DNA of 64,000 nucleotides from an uncultured Pelagibacteraceae bacterium (GCA_902629535.1 CACORD010000001.1:37928-101927), one strand, 5' to 3'. Counted from the first letter of the stretch, positions 47,820 to 57,014 are shown. Notes: generated by a model not told the origin, from the letters alone. A program made the numbers and translations.

Positions 47820-48349
47820 TAACTAATTTTCTCCACTTGATTATATTCTAATTCAACTGGTGTTGGACGTCCAAATATAGATACGGAAACTTTAAGTCTA
47901 GATTTTTCTTCATCTATATCCTCAACCATTCCATTGAATGAAGCAAATGGTCCGTCTACTACTTGAACTTTTTCTCCAACGCTGTACTCTATACCAGATT
48001 TTGGCTGAGCCACACCATCTTTTATTTGTCCTAAAATCTTCTCTATTTCCTTATCTGAAACAGGAACAGGTATCCCTTTAGTTCCTAAAAAACCACTAAC
48101 TCTCTTTATATTTTTAATCATATGATAAATACTATTATCCATTTCACTTTTAATTAACACATATCCTGGAAAATATTTCTTTTTTCTTTGTACTCTTTTA
48201 CCTCTTTTAACTTCAGTTACATCATGAGTTGGAACAATTATTTCATCAAATTTATCTGAAATTTTGGCTTTTTCTGCTTCTTCCTTAATTAAACCAGCTA
48301 CTTTATTCTCAAAACTTGAATGTGATTGAACTATGTACCAATTTTTCAT
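47819..48349 (-). CDS. nusG: Transcription factor NusG
   Basis: WYIVQ, FPGYVLI, GPFASF and SIFGRPTP. Confidence 0.98.
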   Translation of the reverse strand: MKNWYIVQSHSSFENKVAGLIKEEAEKAKISDKFDEIIVPTHDVTEVKRGKRVQRKKKYFPGYVLIKSEMDNSIYHMIKNIKRVSGFLGTKGIPVPVSDKEIEKILGQIKDGVAQPKSGIEYSVGEKVQVVDGPFASFNGMVEDIDEEKSRLKVSVSIFGRPTPVELEYNQVEKIS

Positions 48350-48540
48350 TATAGACTCACTTTAAGTAGAAGCTCTAAGAAAAACTTTAAAACTTGATCT
48401 AATAAAAGAAAAAATAATGACATTACTACTGCCATAGCAAATACCATTAAGGCACCTTGTATTGTTTCCTTACCAGTAGGCCAACTAACTTTGAAAGCTT
48501 CTTGCTTCACCTCTTGAATAAATTTAATTGGGTTTTTCAT
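48349..48540 (-). CDS. secE: Preprotein translocase SecE
   Basis: EAFKVSWPT followed by a TM helix; start at MKNP. Confidence 0.95.
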   Translation of the reverse strand: MKNPIKFIQEVKQEAFKVSWPTGKETIQGALMVFAMAVVMSLFFLLLDQVLKFFLELLLKVSL

Positions 48541-48562
48541 AATATATTCTAGTTTAATCAAT

Positions 48563-48638
48563 TGGCAGGAGCGGAGGGACTCGAACCCTCAGCCTCCGGT
48601 TTTGGAGACCGGCGCTCTACCAATTGAGCTACACTCCT
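48563..48638 (-). tRNA. trnW: tRNA-Trp(CCA)
   Basis: Cloverleaf AGGAGTG...CCGGT-CTCCAAA-ACCGG...GTTCGAGT...GCCA with encoded CCA. Confidence 0.97.
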
Positions 48639-48647
48639 ATATAGAGT

Positions 48648-49838
48648 TTACTCTATAATTTTAGTTACAACTCCAGCACCCACAGTTCTTCCACCTTCTC
48701 TAATTGCAAAATTAAGTTTTTCTGACATTGCAATAGGAGTTATTAATTTAACTGTAAATTTAGCGTCATCACCTGGCATAACCATTTCTGTTCCTGCTGG
48801 CAATTCAACTTCACCTGTTACGTCTGTAGTTCTAAAATAAAATTGTGGTCTGTACTTAGTAAAGAACGGAGTGTGTCTGCCACCCTCCTCTTTCTTTAAT
48901 ACGTAAGCCTGAGCTTCAAACTTTGTGTGTGGCGTAACTGAACCTGGTTTACATAGAACTTGACCTCTCTCAATATCAGTTCTTTCCACTCCTCTTAAAA
49001 GTACACCAACGTTATCACCCGCTTCACCTGAGTCTAGAAGTTTTCTAAACATTTCTACACCTGTACAAACCGATTTTTTTGTCTCCCTAATACCAACGAT
49101 TTCAAGTTCGTCACCAGTCTTTAACACACCAGACTCAACTCTCCCTGTTGCGACTGTACCTCTTCCAGAAATAGAAAATACATCTTCTACCGGCATTAAG
49201 AAATCCTTATCTTTTGGTCTATCTGGTTGAGGAATAAATTCATCAACATTTTTCATTAATTCTAAAATTGATTTTTTACCAATCTCTTCATCTCTTCCTT
49301 CAACAGCAGCAAGTGCAGAACCTTTTGCTATAGGAGTTTTATCACCTGGAAACTTGTATGAAGTTAATAATTCTCTTATTTCCTCCTCAACAAGATCTAT
49401 CATTTCTTTATCATCAACTTGATCTACTTTATTTAAGTAAACACAAATCGCGGGGACACCAACTTGTCTTGCTAAAAGAATGTGTTCTCTTGTTTGAGGC
49501 ATTGGTCCATCTGCAGCATTTACTACTAGGATTGCACCATCCATTTGTGCTGCACCTGTAATCATATTTTTTACATAGTCAGCGTGACCTGGACAATCTA
49601 CGTGAGCATAATGTCTTTTTTCAGTTTCATATTCTACGTGAGCAGTAGATATAGTGATACCTCTCTCCTTTTCCTCTGGAGCTTTATCAATTTGATCATA
49701 TGCAATAGCTTGTGCTCCACCAGTTTCAGATAAAACTTTAGTGATAGCTGCGGTTAAAGTTGTTTTTCCATGATCGACATGACCAATTGTACCGATGTTA
49801 CAATGTGGTTTATTTCTTACAAATTTTTCTTTTGACAT
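48648..49838 (-). CDS. tuf: Elongation factor Tu
   Basis: [20 protein letters not shown] and REGGRTVG. Confidence 0.99.
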   Translation of the reverse strand: MSKEKFVRNKPHCNIGTIGHVDHGKTTLTAAITKVLSETGGAQAIAYDQIDKAPEEKERGITISTAHVEYETEKRHYAHVDCPGHADYVKNMITGAAQMDGAILVVNAADGPMPQTREHILLARQVGVPAICVYLNKVDQVDDKEMIDLVEEEIRELLTSYKFPGDKTPIAKGSALAAVEGRDEEIGKKSILELMKNVDEFIPQPDRPKDKDFLMPVEDVFSISGRGTVATGRVESGVLKTGDELEIVGIRETKKSVCTGVEMFRKLLDSGEAGDNVGVLLRGVERTDIERGQVLCKPGSVTPHTKFEAQAYVLKKEEGGRHTPFFTKYRPQFYFRTTDVTGEVELPAGTEMVMPGDDAKFTVKLITPIAMSEKLNFAIREGGRTVGAGVVTKIIE

Positions 49839-49878
49839 TACTTTTTTTCCTCACTTTTCAAATTTAAATTTATTTTCT

Positions 49879-49952
49879 TGGAGCGGGTAAAGGGAATCGA
49901 ACCCTTACATCCAGCTTGGAAGGCTAGCGTTCTACCATTGAACTACACCCGC
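49879..49952 (-). tRNA. trnG: tRNA-Gly(TCC)
   Basis: GCGGGTG...CTAGC-CTTCCAA-GCTGG...GTTCGATT...TCCA. Confidence 0.97.
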
Positions 49953-49997
49953 ACAACCCCAAGAGTAACACTCCAGTATTGTTTAAAATATATTGAA

Positions 49998-50083
49998 TGG
50001 TGGAGGGGGAAAGATTCGAACTTTCGAAGACCGAAGTCAACGGGTTTACAGCCCGCCCCATTTGACCGCTCTGGAACCCCTCC
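49998..50083 (-). tRNA. trnY: tRNA-Tyr(GTA)
   Basis: GGAGGGG...GCGGG-CTGTAAA-CCCGT, long variable arm, GTTCGAAT, ACCA. Confidence 0.97.
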
Positions 50084-50213
50084 CTTAGGGGAAGTGTCCC
50101 CTTGTTCAATAAAGCTTCAAACAACATGCGTTTTATATATTTTATTTACCCAAATGCAACACGTGATTTAATGGGAAAATATTCAAAAAAACGTGTAAAA
50201 TATAGGATTATTT

Positions 50214-50957
50214 ATGAATAAATCATCATTTTTCATTGTTGGCCAACACGCTGTAATCGAGGCTCTCAAAAATCCAAAAAGAAAGGTTCTGAGAGTTTTT
50301 TTAACAGAGGAAAGTAAAAAAAATATTCACAGAAAAAGCCCAAACAAAAACCTTTTAAATGAAGTAAAGGTTTATTTTAAAACTAAAAAAGAACTAGACA
50401 AATATAGCACTAAAGAGAATTTGTTACATCAAGGATATGTTGCAGAAATAGAACACTTGGAAAAACCAATTCTTAAAGAATTTATAAAAAATAAAAATAA
50501 TATCACTTTAGTTTGTTTAGATGGGGTAACTGATCCTAGAAATATTGGTGCTTTAATAAGAAGTGCAGCATCATTTAATATTGATGGAATTATTATTAAA
50601 GAGAGACACTATCCAAATGAAAGTAAACTTATGTATAAAGCTTCAAGTGGAGCAATTGAGTATGTGAATATTTTTGAGGTATCCAACATTAATTCTACTT
50701 TAAAAAACCTCAAAGATAAAAATTTTTGGGTTTATGGTTTTGATGGTAATGGTGATAAAGATTTCACAAAAATAGAATGGAAAGGAAACAATATTCTTTT
50801 ATTTGGTTCCGAGGGATCTGGTATGCACCAACACACATCAAAATATGCTGATTTTTTAGTAAAGATAGACATTAATATTAAAGTTGAAAGCTTAAATATC
50901 TCAAATAGCGCTGCCATTGTGTTTCATCACTTAAGTTATTTAAAAAAAAAGAGTTGA
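50214..50957 (+). CDS. rlmB: 23S rRNA Gm2251 methyltransferase (TrmH/SpoU family)
   Basis: HQG, LDGVTDPRNIGA, GSEGSG and VESLNIS motifs. Confidence 0.92.
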   Translation: MNKSSFFIVGQHAVIEALKNPKRKVLRVFLTEESKKNIHRKSPNKNLLNEVKVYFKTKKELDKYSTKENLLHQGYVAEIEHLEKPILKEFIKNKNNITLVCLDGVTDPRNIGALIRSAASFNIDGIIIKERHYPNESKLMYKASSGAIEYVNIFEVSNINSTLKNLKDKNFWVYGFDGNGDKDFTKIEWKGNNILLFGSEGSGMHQHTSKYADFLVKIDINIKVESLNISNSAAIVFHHLSYLKKKS

Positions 50958-50990
50958 TTAATTTACAAATAATTAATAATTATTGCGCAT

Positions 50991-51066
50991 GCCCTTGTAG
51001 CTCAGCTGGTAGAGCAATTGATTTGTAATCAATAGGTCCGCGGTTCGAATCCGTGCGGGGGCACCA
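50991..51066 (+). tRNA. trnT: tRNA-Thr(TGT); integration hotspot
   Basis: GCCCTTG...ATTGA-TTTGTAA-TCAAT...GGTTCGAATCC...ACCA. Confidence 0.97.
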
Positions 51067-51123
51067 TCACTCAATAAAATCAACACTAATTATTTTTGCT
51101 AAATCTAAAAACCTTTGACTATT

Positions 51124-51152
51124 GTGTCGTGAGTGTGTCGTACTAGTGTCGT
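51124..51152 (+). repeat. Three GTGTCGT direct repeats with an 11-bp period (putative integrase arm-type sites)
   Basis: GTGTCGT at 51124, 51135 and 51146. Confidence 0.75.
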
Positions 51153-51164
51153 GATCAAGTAGTC

Positions 51165-52079
51165 CTATTGGTGCTCGCTGAAAAATGCTTTTCTATTATT
51201 CTCTTGCGCTATTAGTTGTCTAATTTTTGCAACAGTCATCCAACATTCTAAATAAACTGTTCCATTAGTAATAAGTTTTCCAAGTTCTTGATTTGACATT
51301 TCTCGTCTATTCGGTGGTAAAAATCTCAAACCATTAGAGCTTGCAAAAGTTTTTAACGTTGATGATTTAATTCCAAAATTAAAACTCTCTACACCTTCTT
51401 TTTTACCAAAATTTGCGACTGCAACACCAACAACGTTACCTTTTTGATTCATAATTGGTCCACCACTATTACCTTGGTTTAATGCTGCATCAGTTTGAAA
51501 TTCTGAATAGTTATCACCATAACCTGCTAACGCAGTAACGCTTCCTTTTGATGTTTTTATTGCAGCACTTACTTTTTTTCCTAAAGGATATCCTGCTATA
51601 ATTACATCTTCTAATAAACCTGCATCTTGATTAGCAACTGAATAAACAGATTTAGGGTTTATATTTGATTTTATAATTGCAAGATCATTCATTTTGTCCA
51701 CTGCTAAAGTATTAGCTTTAATTTCTTTTCCTCCATACGAAACTTTAATTGCGTCACAACCTTCAATAACATGATGATTAGTTATTATGTCTCCCTGCAT
51801 TGAAACAAAAAAACCAGTGCCAGAAGCTGCAGGAACTAAATCTTTAGGTTTTAATTTCTTTTGATTATTTTTCGGTTTTTCAGTAACTTTTGGTTGTTCA
51901 TTTTTTGGTTTAGGATTTTTTTTGTTATATTCTTGAGCCTCTAGAATAGCTTTTTGATTATTAGCATCTTGCTCATAGGTACTTAAATCTTGTGTACTCA
52001 TATCCCAAACTACTGAGTTCGTTGGACCACATCCACTTAACAACAAACCCAGAACCACGATCCCTAAAAATTTTTTCAT
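51165..52079 (-). CDS. Trypsin-like (S1C) serine protease lipoprotein without a PDZ domain
   Basis: Lipobox LSGC; catalytic triad motifs TNHHV, NDLAII and NQGNSGGP. Confidence 0.88.
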   Translation of the reverse strand: MKKFLGIVVLGLLLSGCGPTNSVVWDMSTQDLSTYEQDANNQKAILEAQEYNKKNPKPKNEQPKVTEKPKNNQKKLKPKDLVPAASGTGFFVSMQGDIITNHHVIEGCDAIKVSYGGKEIKANTLAVDKMNDLAIIKSNINPKSVYSVANQDAGLLEDVIIAGYPLGKKVSAAIKTSKGSVTALAGYGDNYSEFQTDAALNQGNSGGPIMNQKGNVVGVAVANFGKKEGVESFNFGIKSSTLKTFASSNGLRFLPPNRREMSNQELGKLITNGTVYLECWMTVAKIRQLIAQENNRKAFFSEHQ

Positions 52080-52094
52080 TATGAAAACTTTAGC

Positions 52095-52115
52095 ATTGTG
52101 TCATACGTGTGTCGA
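52095..52115 (+). repeat. Two GTGTCRW direct repeats with an 11-bp period (putative arm-type sites, other end of cassette 1)
   Basis: GTGTCAT at 52098 and GTGTCGA at 52109; 52095-52114 matches 51121-51140 at 17 of 20 positions. Confidence 0.7.
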
Positions 52116-52174
52116 GATTACTTATGATTGTATATAAGTATTACAAAAGCATAATTATTTAATCAGCGATACAA

Positions 52175-52224
52175 GATTTGTAATCAATAGGTCCGCGGTT
52201 CGAATCCGTGCGGGGGCACCATCA
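52175..52224 (+). repeat. tRNA-Thr 3'-half copy (att-like direct repeat 1)
   Basis: GATTTGTAATCAATAGGTCCGCGGTTCGAATCCGTGCGGGGGCACCATCA, identical to 51020-51069; no 5' acceptor strand or D-arm upstream. Confidence 0.95.
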
Positions 52225-52324
52225 AAATCTTATTTATTCCCAATAAATTCAAAAATTACTTTATTTTTTTTTAAAATAAAAATCATTGAATAACACTATA
52301 GAAAGGAAGGAAGTGGAATTAAGG

Positions 52325-52344
52325 TAAGTGAATATTAAGTGAAT
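52325..52344 (+). repeat. Two TAAGTGAAT direct repeats with an 11-bp period (putative arm-type sites)
   Basis: TAAGTGAAT at 52325 and 52336; a degenerate GAAGTGGAAT lies at 52310. Confidence 0.75.
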
Positions 52345-52348
52345 TCAG

Positions 52349-52687
52349 TTAATCAAAATATTGATAACCCCAAGCTTGCTTCATACGCACAAGAAATCTA
52401 ACTTCTTTATCTTTTAATTCCCCGTCAGATAATGCAACTCTTTTTACAAAATCTTTTGCCTGAAACTTAAAATCATCTTTTGTAATATTTCCTAAATAAA
52501 AATCTTGAGCCAAATCAATATCACCAGAAAATCTTTTATTAATTTCATCAGTTGCGTTATGTACATTAAAATCAACTTTAATTTCTTTAGCAATTTTTAA
52601 TATTTCAGCTGTCTCATCTTTTCCTAAACCATGATCAGCTAAAGCCATACAAACACAAAGATTCAATGAATTAATTTTTTCCGACAT
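52349..52687 (-). CDS. TerB-like family protein
   Basis: Twin motifs MALADHGLGKDE and VALSDGELKDKE, typical of the TerB fold. Confidence 0.7.
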   Translation of the reverse strand: MSEKINSLNLCVCMALADHGLGKDETAEILKIAKEIKVDFNVHNATDEINKRFSGDIDLAQDFYLGNITKDDFKFQAKDFVKRVALSDGELKDKEVRFLVRMKQAWGYQYFD

Positions 52688-53258
52688 ATCTAAAACCTTT
52701 TTTTAAACAATCATTTATATTATCACTATAAAACTCTTGATTATTTATATCAATATGGACTCTGTCATATAATTTATCAAAGGGTAGAAAAAATAACTTT
52801 TTACCTCTTCTATTTATATTGCATTTAATCATAGGATAATTTTTATCCAACTTAATGTATCTATGCTGAATATTTAATTTCTTAGCTACATCTTTAGTAG
52901 TTTGGTGAAATTTTGTGGTTGTCACAAATACACCCTTTGGAATTTTATGATTTGGATGTTGGTTAATATAGTACAATAGAGAACCTGCTAACTGCATTAA
53001 ATGTTTTGGAAAAATTTCTTTTTTTGATGACCAGTTTTTTGCTTGTACAATTAATATTTGTTTACCTTTTGTGCATATAAGGTCTCTACCTAAATCACTT
53101 TTTCCTTTTTCAATCCCAAAAGGATCTACTCTCCAACCTTTTGTTTCATAAAGATATCGTATTTGTCTTTCATAAAGGTGTCCAATCCCAAGATTATTAT
53201 GGGATTTCTTTTTATATAAATCATATTTTTTTTGAAGTTCTCTCATTTTAAATATCAT
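52671..53258 (-). CDS. Mrr-type restriction endonuclease (PD-(D/Q)xK)
   Basis: YE...GW.V...DLGRDLI...IVQAK...GVFVTTTKF pattern of Mrr catalytic domains. Confidence 0.75.
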   Translation of the reverse strand: MIFKMRELQKKYDLYKKKSHNNLGIGHLYERQIRYLYETKGWRVDPFGIEKGKSDLGRDLICTKGKQILIVQAKNWSSKKEIFPKHLMQLAGSLLYYINQHPNHKIPKGVFVTTTKFHQTTKDVAKKLNIQHRYIKLDKNYPMIKCNINRRGKKLFFLPFDKLYDRVHIDINNQEFYSDNINDCLKKGFRYVGKN

Positions 53259-53328
53259 TACATTTATAGTCTAACTTAATTAAAATGACTTTACTAAAAA
53301 ATTTAGATAGATTTATTCTAATAGATTT

Positions 53329-53823
53329 ATGGCATACATAAGACCTTGTAATAAATGTGGTCAAAGAATAAGCATGAGAGAAATGCGAGCTGGTCAGTGG
53401 GTTGCGTTCGATGCTTCAACACAAAATCCACACAAATGTGGTAAAAAAACTAAAGCAGATCCGAAAATTAAAAAATTAGCAAAAGAAAAATTAAAAGAAA
53501 AAATTTCGGAAGGAATTGATTTAGGCTATTCTGATATAGAAGTCAAAAACCCTCCTCCTGATAAAGTTGAGGAAATAAATTCAAAAATTGAAGAAGTTTA
53601 TAATGAAGCTACTGAGGAAGTTTATGAAACAAAAAAGAAAAAAACAGTTGTTAAAGATGAAGTTATTGAAAATCAAAATTATAGAGATACATCTTATCGA
53701 CCCAAAAAATCTGAGGATAAACCTAGAGACTTTATGTGGTATTTTTGGAGAATAGCAATTCCAGTTTGGGCTTTCGGAATTATTAATTGGCTTCTTGGTT
53801 GTCCATTCGCATCTTGTAACTAA
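53329..53823 (+). CDS. Hypothetical protein with an N-terminal Zn finger, charged linker and C-terminal TM helix
   Basis: CNKC...HKC at the N-terminus; hydrophobic WYFWRIAIPVWAFGIINWLLG at the C-terminus. Confidence 0.65.
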   Translation: MAYIRPCNKCGQRISMREMRAGQWVAFDASTQNPHKCGKKTKADPKIKKLAKEKLKEKISEGIDLGYSDIEVKNPPPDKVEEINSKIEEVYNEATEEVYETKKKKTVVKDEVIENQNYRDTSYRPKKSEDKPRDFMWYFWRIAIPVWAFGIINWLLGCPFASCN

Positions 53824-56800
53824 ACTTTCTCAGTATAATTACATCCACTCCTATCTCTTTTCCAATTCGAACAAGAATAAAAAGGACCATATCTACTATT
53901 TTTTAAAACTAATTTAACTTTTTTATTTTTACACTTAGGACAAAATCTTGTCTCTTCTTTAATCGCAGCAGTCATCTTTGATTTACCTTTGGCATCAGTT
54001 TTCTCATACCCCAAATTTCTTCCAGACCTTTTTTTCATGTCTTGAGTCTTGCCACAACTAATGCAAATTAGAAAAGGTCTTCTACCACCTTTTCTAGAAA
54101 AATAAACTTCAGTAAGTTTTCCGCATTTTTCACAATCTCTATTCTCTCTCTCTGCAAGTTTTTCAATCATATTAATTTTTTTATTTTTTTCTGATTCAAA
54201 ATTTTGATGTTTGTAAATAAGATTTTTAGCAGCTCTTGAAGACATTGCCTTACTAACAATCTTCATAATAGTTTCAGCCTGAGTAGATTTACCGCCATAG
54301 GACAAAACATTTAAAGAGCCGTACCATAAAATATTATCATCAATAAAAACCATTTTTTGGTGAATATCTTTTCTTAGATCGACATTTATTTTTAGTTTGA
54401 TTAAACTTTTTATTGCTAATGTTGCTGTCTCTTTAAGTGTTGATCCTTGATTAACAGGCCCTCTTGTTACAACTCTTATCTTTAAACCTTCTTCTTTTTT
54501 TTGTCTTAAAATATCACCCCAAAATGCTGTTCTTTTTTCAGTGCAAAAAGCTGAAAATATAACTATAGATTTTTTTGCTTTTTTAAGATCTCTCTCAAAT
54601 GTTTTTTCAAAACTATGTTCATCAAATATTCCTGCTTCATCATCTTTTAATTTAATTTTAGTAGATGGAGATAATTTTGGTCTATTAGATAGTTGAAAAG
54701 GACCTAATTTTATTATTTCTTTAATATCGATTACTCTTCCTCTTTTTTGTAAATCTACAATTAAATTTCTTAAGATTGATGTTGCTGGTAATCTTTCTTG
54801 AAGATAATTGATATTAGCAAATACAATTAGAATGTCTTTTGATCTACTAAATGCCACGTTCATTAATTTAGACCCCTGCTCTTGAGTATTAGATGCTTTA
54901 ACAAAATTTGATGGGTATACCCCTTCACTTTCTGGAATATCAAATATTACAATATCTTTTTGATCACCTTGAAACCTATGAACAGTACCTGAAACAATGT
55001 CATTTAAAGTAAACTCTTTCAATAAGTCGCTAATAAATATTTGTTGAGCCTTATATGGTGTACAAACTCCTACTGAAGTAACATCTTTTACTAATTTTTG
55101 TTCATTCAAATAAACACATAAATTTCTAATAGCTCCTGCATGAACAATATTATATCTAGAACCTTCAGCTGGCATTACACAAAAAGGATTTTGACTGGAT
55201 GAGTCAACTAATATTAAGTTATCATTAATAAATTTAGGATATTCTTTTGTTTTAACACTAACGTCAGTGATTAAATTTCCATCATAAAAGTATTTATTTA
55301 CTAAAGAGCAAATTTTATCATTCATTCTATACTGGCGTTTTAGAGTAATTATATTATTTGTTTTTTTTGCAATAAGTTTTTCAACATCAATAAAATCAAA
55401 TGCATGACCTAAATATTTTTCAACTATTTCAAAATTAGAATGATCATCATTTGTAGAAATTATTGGTGGAAGTTGCATGAAGTCTCCAGCTAATACAACT
55501 TTCTCTTTTGATAGACTTGCTGCATATGCTGCTTGTGGAAGCATTAACATTGAAGCTTCATCAATAACCACAACATCATATTCTCCAAAGTCTTCTGGTT
55601 TTAAATATGTTTTAGTCGCTGTAGCAGCTAAAACTCTACAATTTTTTAAAACTTCAGTTTTAACTTCTTGGATTTGATTATTAATCTTAGTAACTTCAAT
55701 GGAGTGTTTATCTATCTTATCTAAAAAAACCTGAAGTGATTTTTGTTCTTTTTGAAGATTTTTACCCGATATAATTTTTGAATTTTGAGCAATTTTCTTT
55801 TCAAGATCATTAATTTTTACTTTTAATTTCTTTATTTCCGTGGGGTATGATTTCTTTTTTTCATTAATATTTTCAATTACACCCTTTTTACTATTAATTT
55901 TTGATTCTTGAGCCTGAGGATCCTCAGAAAACATTTTTCCAAAAAAACCTTTCGTCTCATATTCTTTAATCAATTTGTTGTAGTTTTTAATTGATAAATT
56001 TGCATCCTCTATCATTTCGTTTGCCTTGCTTAAAAAACCTTCCATTTCTGATTGTCTTTGAAGATTAGTTAGGTTTTGGTTAGTTAATTGATCAACTAAA
56101 TTAAATGCATCAACAATTTTTTTATGAGGTTCGGCTTCTTTATTTAGCTCTTCTATTTGTTTTTCAATTTTTCTCCTTTGCTCTACTAGTTTAATGCTTA
56201 GCCTTTCTGCTGCTCTATCAACATTAACGTAATCTCCATATTTCTTTAACAATGTTTCATTTACAATATCCCCATACCTGAGCACACTACCTTCATCAAA
56301 GTCTTTATCTTTTTTGTAAAGTCTATCACCTAAGTTTTTAACAACTATGTCAACTGCTGCATTAGTATTAGAAACAAGAAGAACTTTTTTCTTTTCATAA
56401 TAAAAAGCTTCAATAACTTTTGAAATACAATGAGTTTTACCTGTCCCAGGAGGACCCCAAATGTATACAATATCACTTCCTAATGATGTTTTAACTGCTT
56501 GAAACTGCTCAGTATTTAAACCATCTTTTGAAACTTTAGGTTTATCCTCTGAGACTGTTCCTTTTTTTAAAAATAGAGTTTTTTTTAAAGTACTAAGATT
56601 AATTTTTCCTTCTTTTGTTTCTAGAAATTCTTCATAAGTTTTTTTTAGCTTTTCTATTAAATATGAATTATCAATTTTTAACGTTGCCTGATGCAATATC
56701 GGACCAAAATCTTTATCACACGAAATAGTTACTTTTTTTTCAGTTACAGAAACTATATTTGCATCAATATTTTCATCTCCAATTATTAATTGAACTGGCA

Positions 56801-57014
56801 TATCATCTTTTGCTCTACCTATTCTTAAATCCTGGTCTAGAAAAAAAGTATAAAGAACTTTACTTCCTAGTTGCTCTCCCCGCTCACCATTTTCAAGAGT
56901 AATTTGTTTTTCAACATTACTTTTTTTTACTTCCTCAAATTCTATTTTTAAAGCGCTAACAAAGTTTTCTATCAAAGAAAAATCTTCTTTTATCTCGCTT
57001 TTCTCTTTAGCCAT
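53820..57014 (-). CDS. Upf1/DNA2-like SF1 helicase with coiled-coil insert, fused to a PLD (HKD) nuclease domain and two Zn ribbons
   Basis: GPPGTGKT, DEAS, GDFMQLPP, QYRM, TVHRFQG and NVAFSRSK helicase motifs; HQKMVFIDD...GSLN; CEKC/CISC and CPKC...YSCSNW...C. Confidence 0.85.
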   Translation of the reverse strand: MAKEKSEIKEDFSLIENFVSALKIEFEEVKKSNVEKQITLENGERGEQLGSKVLYTFFLDQDLRIGRAKDDMPVQLIIGDENIDANIVSVTEKKVTISCDKDFGPILHQATLKIDNSYLIEKLKKTYEEFLETKEGKINLSTLKKTLFLKKGTVSEDKPKVSKDGLNTEQFQAVKTSLGSDIVYIWGPPGTGKTHCISKVIEAFYYEKKKVLLVSNTNAAVDIVVKNLGDRLYKKDKDFDEGSVLRYGDIVNETLLKKYGDYVNVDRAAERLSIKLVEQRRKIEKQIEELNKEAEPHKKIVDAFNLVDQLTNQNLTNLQRQSEMEGFLSKANEMIEDANLSIKNYNKLIKEYETKGFFGKMFSEDPQAQESKINSKKGVIENINEKKKSYPTEIKKLKVKINDLEKKIAQNSKIISGKNLQKEQKSLQVFLDKIDKHSIEVTKINNQIQEVKTEVLKNCRVLAATATKTYLKPEDFGEYDVVVIDEASMLMLPQAAYAASLSKEKVVLAGDFMQLPPIISTNDDHSNFEIVEKYLGHAFDFIDVEKLIAKKTNNIITLKRQYRMNDKICSLVNKYFYDGNLITDVSVKTKEYPKFINDNLILVDSSSQNPFCVMPAEGSRYNIVHAGAIRNLCVYLNEQKLVKDVTSVGVCTPYKAQQIFISDLLKEFTLNDIVSGTVHRFQGDQKDIVIFDIPESEGVYPSNFVKASNTQEQGSKLMNVAFSRSKDILIVFANINYLQERLPATSILRNLIVDLQKRGRVIDIKEIIKLGPFQLSNRPKLSPSTKIKLKDDEAGIFDEHSFEKTFERDLKKAKKSIVIFSAFCTEKRTAFWGDILRQKKEEGLKIRVVTRGPVNQGSTLKETATLAIKSLIKLKINVDLRKDIHQKMVFIDDNILWYGSLNVLSYGGKSTQAETIMKIVSKAMSSRAAKNLIYKHQNFESEKNKKINMIEKLAERENRDCEKCGKLTEVYFSRKGGRRPFLICISCGKTQDMKKRSGRNLGYEKTDAKGKSKMTAAIKEETRFCPKCKNKKVKLVLKNSRYGPFYSCSNWKRDRSGCNYTEKV

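Larger units (their letters stand above)
51020..52224. mobile_element. Integrase-less integrative cassette 1 (1,155-bp unit) bounded by tRNA-Thr 3'-half direct repeats
   Basis: 50-bp identity of 51020-51069 with 52175-52224; GTGTCG repeats at both inner ends; single cargo gene. Confidence 0.8.

Noticed and set aside
48640-48657. Hairpin TATAGAGT/ACTCTATA at the tuf stop, and AGGGGA/TCCCCT at 50087-50102
   Set aside because: Short stems without U-tracts; at most tRNA-processing structures, and not supportable as terminators.
49878-50171. 97-aa (+) and 67-aa (-) ORFs
   Set aside because: They overlap tRNA-Gly and tRNA-Tyr and are typical spurious tRNA shadow ORFs.
50991-51066. Two consecutive G-U pairs in the tRNA-Thr acceptor stem as evidence of a foreign replaced 3' half
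   Set aside because: All three 3'-half copies, including the outermost, are identical, so no swap can be shown.
52175-52224. Extra functional tRNA-Thr genes at 52175 and 57409
   Set aside because: Both lack the 5' acceptor strand and D-arm; they are att-like fragments.
51070-52300. IHF-like sites (ATCAA-N4-TT) near the att repeats
   Set aside because: Only partial matches in AT-rich DNA, not distinguishable from background by eye.
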